From: Perkinsus olseni
Taxonomy: Eukaryota
Direction: 5' to 3'
NCBI GenBank assembly: GCA_013115125.1
Contig: JABANN010000301.1
Location: 1-41,383, forward strand
DNA: 41,383 bases
Shown here: in pieces, positions 32,720 through 41,383 of the stretch
Layout of the letters: each line of letters opens with the position of its first letter
How positions within the stretch are numbered: position 1 is the stretch's first letter
The notes under the pieces: generated by a model
What the model was told of the DNA's origin: nothing
Database searches by the model: none
Seen by the model: the letters and a program-made list of their open reading frames with translations, nothing else
Program-made: the position numbers and the translations under genes

Positions 32720-35406
32720 TCACTCGGCCGGGGCGCCTCCTACTACCGGAGAGGAGATGCCAGGGAAGATACTGCTGCTGGCTGAGGGACCGTGCAGGCG
32801 TGAGAGCTGAGCAACGTCGGCCAGGAAGCTGAGTGGAACGCATGACGCCGAAGCGGATGGTGGTCGGATGCAATTACGTTTTAGAGTTGTGGACGGTACT
32901 GCCGCCGAGCACTATGGCCGGTTGTTTCTCTGTTGACTGTTGTGAGGTAGCCCCGGGCGCAGTAGCGGTGGTGCTCGCGAGCTGGTCATTGAGAGTGTCG
33001 ATGTCTCGGGCCTCCTCGAAAGTACAGCCACCAACCATGAACACTAGCAACAATGATGGCCTGAAGATGAGTGACGCGATGGTATCTTAGGTTGACTCGT
33101 GGTCACCACGGTGTAGAAAGATACTACCTCATATTCTCCACGCCATTCAAGCGGCCTTTACTGCCAACCACAGCAACGTAATCTTGCTCTTTCACTTTGC
33201 CCTTGAGCGCTTGCTCAGCTGTGATCGATATTGGAGACCTGTGCTGAGTATAGACGTTCTCTGTCGAACCAGCGAGCCCCAGACGGCGGGCCAAGGCAGC
33301 AGCGGCTCCCGAACTGGAAGGGTAGGGTAGCCGAGATGCCGAACCGAAGTGGTCCAGCATTGTTGATATGAGCCCAACCTGACCGCAAGAACATCGACAG
33401 CGCGGCGTGAGGAGAGCCGGATCAGTACCTGCTCGGGAGGGACGCCCTTCTGTTGCAGAAGACCCTTGAGATCCCGGATGCCACTCGTATCGGTCTCAAA
33501 CCTCAACGCATAGAGAATACATATCTTCAGCCGTTCCAGGTTGGAGTTGCGAGGATTCTCGATCATAGCTGATATGACGACCCAGGTTCGATCCCAGGTA
33601 AGGACATCTTTTCCTACCCTTCACCCTTTTCAGTTGGTCGCGCATGCTCATATGATCGTCACAGGCCAAACTTTGCTCCAGCTCTGAACACTCCAGCAAG
33701 TTGTACTTCTCCACCATCCGCGATATCTCATGAACCAATGCCACGTGCTTTGACACGTTGCCACTGAGCTTGCGGTACTCGGGATACCTGAGCGAGGCAC
33801 AGGTTCAATCCCGGCACCCGACACATTGTACTACTGGTCTAGGAATCTTTGCATATCTTCAACATTGTCGACCTTCGCCTGATGCTTGGTCTGCTGCTGA
33901 TAGAGCTCAACATACTCCTTTATGTGCATCCCGAGATCTCCGAAGTTGCTCAACTGAACAACAACCACTTCAAGCCTTCCGAAACCCCTTCCCAACCTTA
34001 CGTAATTATCCCGGAAGAATTTATCAGAAGTAGTGCTGAGGACCACCTCTACACCCTCCGAAGACGATCCTCCTTCGCCGGCCACCGCCAACGGATGCAT
34101 TACTCGGTTGTTCTCCAAACCTAGCAGCTCATGGACCTAATTGGGAGCATGCCGATCTCGAGAATACCATCCCCCTGGGTATTACCATTGCTTGATAAGT
34201 CCACTGTGTGAGTAAAGGCGTCACAGGGTCGTCCCGTCGATCGGCCACCAAGATGAGCATACCGCCGCCACTGTTAACGGGCGTCTCTGCCGACCCCGCA
34301 ACGCTCTCGAAAAGACTCTCATCTTGTTCTAGCCGCTTTTGAAGAGCCAAAGCGACTTTGCGTGCCAATGGGGAAGCCGATGAATACCGAATGACTGGCA
34401 GGGTGAGACCGGAGGAGTTCGTGGCTGTGACCGGGCCGGCACCTGGGAAGTGACAGTTGATTTGAGATAGGGGGAAGGAGAGGCCTACCTCGCTTGACAC
34501 TACCCAGCGATATCGAAGCTGCGAAGAGGCCATCTACTTGACGTTGAAAGACGCTCTCCTCGAAGGCCGTCCACATCGTTTGCTCTCGATGCAGCTGTGC
34601 TACTGACTGGGAGCCCAGAGAGAACGACCCAGCATTTAGTGCGATAACGTCGGCGTACCTGAGGGGAACTGCAGGAGGGAAATGATCGGTAGACGCCTAC
34701 GCTTCGGTGACAGAAGCGACGCACTCATACTCGTCACAAGCCGCCAGCTGAGACAGTCGACCGTGAGGGACTACGTTTGAGAAAACTGAAAGAAGGCGGC
34801 GATGGCACACCGGTGCCTCGAATGGAGTATTACATAAATGATACTCGCTGTAGATGGGCTGACGGAGGACCTTGGAAAGCGCCAAGAAGTTCTGGTTGGT
34901 GGGTCGAAGGAAGACGCAGGCCTTCATGTGCCGCATGTTGTTGTTGGTGGAAGCAGGAGACCCATCGTTGGGTGCGGCTATGGCCTCCTCAAGTGGCTCT
35001 ACCTATTCGGAAAGGATACTACCACTAATTCTCCTAGTAGCTCAACGTAACCGTGGTATGGCTGATGCTACAGTAGCGAGTCGAGCGATGATAATCAGAG
35101 AGCCACAATCACCAGTATCACTGCTACTACGGCCTTTACCAACATCATCACCGACCCCACAAGCATTACACCCCTCCTCCTATTGAGACCACCACGGCTA
35201 TCACTACTACCACGTAATACTATTACCAGGAAAACCTCCTTATTGAGTATCTCGGTCTGTGTCATGACTGTGCTGACGATGGGAAGCGTGTCCTTATCTA
35301 CCAGAAGGGCCTTCATCACACCAGCCCCTCCGACTCGGTCCAGCATCGAGTTAAGATACCGATTATTGGACCCCCAGATGGAGTACCACGGCTCATCCTT
35401 AGACAT
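32720..35406 (-). CDS. VPS45: Vps45, Sec1/Munc18 family vesicle trafficking protein (many exons)
   Basis: MKALLVDKDTLPIVS, HMKACVFLRPT, DRRDDPVTPLLTQWTYQAM, NVSKHVALVHEIS, ENVYTQH, VFMVGGCTFEEA, LGGSTVHNS. Confidence 0.93.
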
Positions 35407-35655
35407 GCAAAAAACAATGTTAACCTGCAACCACACACTCACTGGTTGCCAGCCCCGGGCCCCAACCTTCGCGCGCCACGAAATTATCTTACATTCACGA
35501 AGTCTGCGCTTGACCTTCACTCGGCATCATCGTCAATCAGTCGCTTAAGTATGTCATATGATCCCGAGCCGGTGCGACGAGGATCAAGTGGAGTCGCGCG
35601 CGCCCGAGTGATCGATTAATTTCCGAGGAAGTGAGCGAGAGTGGTATTAGGTAAA

Positions 35656-36514
35656 ATGGGAAAATTTGGTGGTGGCAACGAGAAGGCGATAGCCGCTAGA
35701 GAAAGGAAGAAGGAACAACACGCTGTGAAGGTCGCTGAGGAGGTAGATGGGGATCTGGGTATCTTAGGTTGAACCGTGGTGTCGTTGAGTAACCTTGGTT
35801 GTCTCAGCAAAAACGCAAGGAAGATGCACTCTGGCGAGACGAAGATAAGAGCAAAGCCGCGAAGGACGCGAGAGCAAGAGCTAAAGTGCGGGGGCTGTCT
35901 GTGCGGGACATTGGATGGGAATCTTAGGTTGAAGCTTGCATGGAATCTTAAGGTTGACTGCGTCTTGCTTGAGTATCTTTCTTCAGGAAGAGGCCCACGA
36001 TGCTAAGCTTGAGAAGGATAAGGAGAAGAGGGAACTCTTGAAGGCTGAGGAAGAGGCGCTGAAAAATGTCGGGAAATCTAAGAAGCAATTGGCGGGCTCG
36101 AAACAAGTCACGCGCCGCGATATTCAATCCCACGCCCTCATGGGGCTGGCAGCTCCCCCTACTAAAAAGAAATCTCACAAGCCCTCCGCTGCCGCTCCGA
36201 AGGTCGTCGTCACTGACGAGCCGCTGCAGGAGAACATCAATCACTTGTTGAGAGCACAGGCAGCGCGAGGCGTTGAGGTGGTATCGGGTAGTGGCATTGA
36301 TAGTGCTCTTGGGGCGTTGGGAGGAGAGGCTGCTGGTGGAGAGGATCGACATCCGGAGAAGCGGGCTAAGGCGCTGTATGCTGCGTTCGAGGAGAGGAGG
36401 ATGGCTGAGATTAAGGATGAGTATCCGGGTTTGAAGCGGTCACAATACAAGGAAAAGATATTCAAAGAGTGGCAGAAGTCACCAGAGAATCCTTTGAGAG
36501 ATTTGAAGAAATGA
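35656..36514 (+). CDS. CCDC124: CCDC124/Lso2 family ribosome-associated protein (3 exons)
   Basis: MGKFGGGNEKAIAARERK start; DRHPEKRAKALYAAFEERRMAEIKDEYPGLKRSQYKEKIFKEWQKSPENP C-terminus. Confidence 0.9.
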
Positions 36515-36889
36515 TAAAATCGTAAGATTAGATTTCTTGTGTTAATCTCTGTGGTGTTTGTGATAGCTCTGGGGGAAGTCAAATGCCGGGATGGAGACTC
36601 CGTTGATAGATCCACCTCGGTGGTTGCGTATGGGCATTTGCCGCTTTTTCTATCAAATTCGGTAACCCAGGCCGCAGAAGCATCTTTCGTTGGGGATAGA
36701 CATTTGCCACTTCTTGTATCGGAATCGGTGCCTCAGGGCGCGAGAGTCCTTGTCGTGAGGACTCCAAGTGAGAATTGCTGTAGCGGCAGCGGGACTACTG
36801 AAGGGACATCCCATCCCAAAACCCCACAAGAATTCGTGAGGGTAGTTGTATATTGTCATTGTAGTAGGGATTGGCTTACGAGTAATAAC

Positions 36890-39689
36890 ATGGGAGCATC
36901 ATGCTGTTCCTCTTCCACTGCACCAGATGATCCAACGCGTATGGACAGCTTAGTAGAGGAAACGCGGACGGGTAGTGGGTAGGGGTATCGACACGAGCGG
37001 TTCACGCCCTGCAACTGCTAACGTTGATTAGAACGGGAATCGCTCTTGTGAAGGGCTCGTCTGAGTTTTCGAAAATGTGGTAGGGAGGAAAATTCATCCG
37101 ACGCGGGGCGTGGTGGAGCCTATCTTAGTCTAAGCGAAGACCCGGAGAACCCTTTCGCGATCCATTCAGACCGAGAAATTGGCCATTCTCGCTTAGGCGG
37201 GTGGCGCATGATTTTGATGGGTATTGTACAGAACAGTCGCGTGAGAAAAGCTACCGTGGAATTGAGTGCCCTCCTCTCAGATTCACAACCCCGTGGGGGT
37301 TCGTCATCGGCCGCAGTGGCAGTAGGCAGCGATGTGCTCACAGACGGCGATGAGATAGATGTGCGGTTGCTGGTCGATAGCGATCCGTTCGAGCAACCAG
37401 TGTCGCCTATCAATCAATCGGGAGGGACCGCAGCCTTCTACCGAGTTAAATACAACGAAGGTTCTTCTGGCGGCAGGTAGTAGGGACACTCGGTATGGTT
37501 TTGAGCTTCAAGATTGGAGGCAGGACCCCTTACTACTGGATCGGAAAAGATCTCGCGAGAGCAGCCGACGAAGTTGACTTTTACGATGAAATTAATGCTT
37601 TGCGGAAGAGCGAGAATGCGAATGGTTCGGGCTGCCAGTCCTGGGCCATCAGCGAGTACATGCTGGAATACGCCGGTAAGAACTCCTTCCACGAGTCTCG
37701 TTTGATCTTCGGGCTGGCTCCTAGGCGTCTGTCGTCTTCGTGTGAAGTGCCCGGCGAAAGCGTCAGCTCATACTGGCTCGGAGGCCAGTAGTAGTGTTAA
37801 CGGTAAATCGCCTGTGAGCGCAACTGAAGTGATCGAAGAGAGAGATCTCATCTTGTTGCGGAATCTTCACGACGGTTATAAGAAGCTGAGGTTACTGGAC
37901 ATAAAAATGGGAGAAGTCACGGCGGTTGCAGGTTGGCAGGTGAGAAGGGCTGAGACAGAAAGTCTGAGCTCTTGTCCGAAGTGGGTTTTCAGGAGCTACT
38001 ACTGCGGACCAGCGGAGTTAGAGTGGAAAGGCTTTTGTGTTCAGGGAAAGAGTCGTTTTCGGGCTTGGAGAGGCCATCGGATTGATAAGCATACTAATTC
38101 ACAAGTGGAGGGTTTCCGACTTGAAGGCTTTGGCGGATACCCGTGGAGTTTACGAAGCATGGATCCGAGTGCGGCTTTGAAAGTACAGGGTCAGCTTTTC
38201 TGTCGATCCCTTGGTTCATGTGGCTGTGTGGTCTAGTGGTATGATTCGCGCTTCGGGTGCGCGAGGTCCCGGGTTCGATTCTCGGCTCAGCCCTGTTATT
38301 TCTTTGAACATATCTTGCTCTCAGATGTACAAGAGCCAGGCTCGGCGACTACAATATCAGCGCCTGAGTGCGCAGGACTTTCTCACCTTCTTCCTTGACA
38401 TGCGCCATGCTTATTCTTCTGACGGTCCTCTTTCCCAAGGCCGTACGCCTGAGGAATACATCGAACTCGTTCTACTCCAAATACTACGAAAGCTGTGTAA
38501 GATTTGCTCAGCACTGAGCGAGGTGAAGATACCGCAGATGTGGGTGGGCAGTAGCATAGCACTCGGGTTCGATGCTGAGGGACTTGACTCTAGTGGAACG
38601 CCCAACACTCAAGTAGTTCTCTTCGACTGGGGTAGATCAGAGTTGAACACCGCGGCGAAGAACGCCCGATTGAGTCCGGAGGAGCAGCATAAGAGAAGTA
38701 AATACTGGAGACATTACCTGTGTGCTGCCCACCGCCTCTTCTACGAGACTGCTAGGGTATATTATAATAGATATCTGGCTGAGAGATGGCGGAGCGTAGT
38801 TTTTGAAGTTTGGGATTACGATTCTATCACGGAGAACGACTCCGTGGGCCGAGTAGCCATCCCGCTGGACATGTCGAGATTGTCGACAGAGACCTTTACG
38901 AGCTACGTCCTCTTCCTCATGGACTGCGATGATGATGGTGTCCTGACGAGGAACTCTCGGGGGGAGGCGTCGCTGCTTTACGTGAGTTTGAAGCGAATTG
39001 AGTATGCGGAGGAGTCACGGTTCGAAGAGGGCGTTTTGGTGAGGGTTGAAAAGGCCAGAAATCTGCCCATCAAGGACTACATTGGGAGCTGCGATGCGGC
39101 AGTGACAGTTGCTGTGACGGACCTTCCGATAGGGAGCCAAGCTAGGGTGCCGCGCTGCGTTAGCGAAGAGAAGCGGAGTGGAACGGTGAGTAGCGACTGC
39201 TATGGGGAGTCCCTGCGTTCCGACATGCTTCCCCCCTCAGTCTCCTGGTGATGCGACTGGGTATCCCTTCCCCGCCTTGGGTTCTGCAGCCTCGGCAAGC
39301 AATTGCCAGTGCCTTCAACAAACCTCCGTCGTTACCGACTCACTCGATCCAATTTGGGGCGGTCCGAATGGCTTGGGCGAGGTTTTCGAGTTCGCCATCA
39401 CCAAAGTGTACGCAAGCTTCCCGTGGTTGCTTTAGTATCACTTCCACTCAGGGATGATGTCACCGGCAAAGATTTCCTGCAGGCGATAACAGGCGGGGAA
39501 ATAACAACTTTCGACCGTAGCTTTTGCAACGGGCTCTTCCCAATCAGGTGAGGACGCATCACCGCTGTCGGCCATAGTCTGCCTTTCTTTAGTGGCGGAG
39601 ACATCGATACAGGCGGAGCCTATCAAGATTTCGTCCGTAACTTTGTGCCCACTACCTGCGGTGACATCTCATCCCCATCCGCATGCTAG
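36890..39689 (+). CDS. Inositol polyphosphate kinase family protein with C-terminal C2 domain(s) and an N-terminal myristoyl/palmitoyl motif
   Basis: MGASCC start; LLDIKMG, TNSQVEGFRLEG, GSSIALGFD, VLFDWG kinase motifs; C2-like FEVWDYDSITENDSVGRVAIPL, VRVEKARNLPIKD, TSVVTDSLDPIW. Confidence 0.8.
38222..38293 (+). tRNA. tRNA-Pro(CGG), sense strand inside an intron (about 38183-38324) of the inositol kinase gene
   Basis: GGCTGTG TG GTCT AGTGGTA TGAT T CGCGC TTCGGGT GCGCG AGGTC CCGGG TTCGATT CTCGG CTCAGCC C; one T-T mismatch in the acceptor stem. Confidence 0.92.
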
Positions 39690-40045
39690 GCGGCGTTCAA
39701 GACTCCGGCGAGGTGACGACTGTTTGCTGCCTGTTACTCCTACCCTGGAAGGCATTCGCCTCTTCCTCGATGAATACTAATTTACCAGTTTTCCTCAAAG
39801 CCGTGGCCCAGCTTACCGGGCTTCGATGACCGCTGACCAATGACAACTTGTCAGAGCCATTGATGAGCTGGCTTTGGCTCTCGATACCGTCCGCTCCTCG
39901 CTGTGTACATACTATCAACAATATCATCAATCTGTTATTTTTGTCGTGATTTGTGTATTTTGACGTGCGAATGTCCACCAGGGTGTTGCGCTTATGGGAG
40001 TTGAGAAGTCGTAGTCGCCGTATTGTTGCCGCAGTTGTTTCATCG

Positions 40046-40847
40046 ATGGTCCGAGGGAAGGATGCTTCTTCAGTGAAAGGGAACGGAGTAGAGGACCCTT
40101 TTGCGATGCTTGAGGCTGAGCAAATGAAAGAGAAATTGGCGGCGAGCTCGAAGCCGAAATCGGAGGTCAATCGGAAAGTCAGCAGTATGTGCTCGCATTG
40201 CTGCACCGTTTGAGTGATGCATTCAGACACTACGGTTTCGGCGCCACCGAGGACGGGACGGCCCCGCCAGTCAGACGCTTCCAGCGATAGTGATTCGGAG
40301 GCCAGTGAGGATGAGCGCTGGGCTCGAGAGCGAGAGGCACGCCGAAAAGTAGGAATGGGTATGCTGTGGAGTCAATCCTGCAATGCTCCCGGCCATGCCG
40401 ATGCGCTCCTGGATATGCTCGCGGAGGTTTCATGATACGATGGGGGATCATGTACTGGGCAGCATCTACTGTTCCATCCCGCCTTCTCAGCGCGCTTTGG
40501 AGCAGATAGACAAAGAGTACGAAAATAAGGCTAAGCAGCGTGCGGTAATGGAGAAGACGGCTGAGGAGAAAGCCAAGGTCCAAGAGGCAGCACTCCAGGC
40601 GGGGTAAGTCCGCCGGGCAACTCCGACTATCGCTCCTCTTTCGGTTGATGTGTGCGCATCTGGAATAACTTCTATTGGAACGAAGCAGCCTTCCTCTGCT
40701 GATGGTAGGTTCACTCCTCTAGAACGGTATATTCTTCGGTCGGGGGAGATAGCAGAGAAGTATAAGGTCGATGACCTCAAGATCAAGGAAAAGCTTGAGA
40801 ACAAACACCGATCGAACGCGGAGGAGTCTGAAAGTAAAGCTCCTTAG
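40046..40847 (+). CDS. Hypothetical charged coiled-coil protein (about 4 exons)
   Basis: MVRGKDASS...EVNRK, DSDSEASEDERWAREREARRK, RALEQIDKEYENK...ALQAG, FTPLERYILRSGEI...ESKAP* separated by GT-AG introns; start may be ATG 39971. Confidence 0.6.
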
Positions 40848-40890
40848 TTGCATGAATGATGTTGAGTCGATAAGTCGCGCTTAGAGCCCG

Positions 40891-41320
40891 ATGGTCGTTG
40901 GGAAGATGGACTGGTACATAAATTGAATGCCAGTGCGGTTTGAAACACTTGCGATGAGGGCTGCTTAGCTCGAGGGGGCCAATTGAGCTTCAGCCAATCT
41001 TCGACCAATCGGGAGGCAAATTCTGTTAGGTTACGGATGTCATATTGTCACGAGGTAGTAGGAAAAATTTCAGCGGATAGATTTTCACGGCGGTATGCAA
41101 CAAAACATGGCGACTCAGTATCTATACTTCTTTTCGTGTGGGTCGTTCCCTATAAGAAGACACGACGTAACGCTTTTCCGGTCTTCTGGTACAGTGTATA
41201 TGCTCCATGCGGACAGTCCTCCAAGAACCCTTCCGTCCTTGCCCAACCACCTCAACAGCAATGCATCGATTGCTAAAGTCTCCACACTTCAAGGGTCTCA
41301 CTTTGATAAAAAGATGTGTG
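40891..41320 (+). CDS. Possible 5' part of a divergent S26 signal peptidase / mitochondrial IMP-like gene, continuing beyond the window
   Basis: Ordered exon fragments SRGPIELQPIFDQSG, KISADRFSRRYATKHGD, SSKNPS, GLTLIKRCV then donor gttagt; order resembles GxSMxPT...GD...P...IKRV. Confidence 0.35.
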
Positions 41321-41329
41321 GTTAGTCTC

Positions 41330-41383
41330 TGCGCCCGCCGGGAGTCGAACCCGGGTCACAAGCATGGGAAGCTTGTATGATAC
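41330..41383 (-). tRNA. tRNA-Gly(CCC), 5' end cut by the window edge
   Basis: ...GTATCATA CAAGC TTCCCAT GCTTG TGAC CCGGG TTCGACT CCCGG CGGGCGC A: perfect anticodon and T arms. Confidence 0.9.

Noticed and set aside
36625-36730. Imperfect two-copy direct repeat (catttgcc...cagg) with GKC-containing minus-strand translation
   Set aside because: Only two diverged copies and the reading frame has no start; not a CRISPR array or a supportable gene.
37966-38025. Ser/Leu tRNA-like 5' half (TGTCCGAAGTGG...AGGAG) in a long inositol kinase intron
   Set aside because: No anticodon stem or B-box; too weak to call.

Overview
Gene-dense eukaryotic nuclear DNA with many short (about 45-60 nt) GT-AG introns. 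Intron style and gene content suggest an alveolate, most likely Perkinsus (inference, not verified). Recognisable genes: three tandem paralogues of an unknown family, an atypical protein kinase, Ran, a twin-CX9C protein, cactin, an internally deleted sucrose-transporter-like MFS gene, a large Cys-repeat type I membrane protein, a frameshifted subtilisin, Vps45, CCDC124/Lso2, an acylated inositol-polyphosphate kinase with C2 domains, and several hypothetical genes. Three patterns stand out. (1) Both complete tRNA genes (Arg-CCG, Pro-CGG) lie inside spliceosomal introns, the edge-truncated Gly-CCC probably does too, and several other over-long introns (Ran, cactin) hold decayed tRNA-like sequences. 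(2) The triplicated family combines an N-terminal signal-like peptide with a C-terminal CaaX box in every copy, as expected of an effector prenylated by the host. (3) Chained palindromes with 1-nt spacers recur in non-coding DNA and resemble hairpin-type transposon excision footprints. Gene models were spliced by eye; coordinates span first to last coding base including introns.
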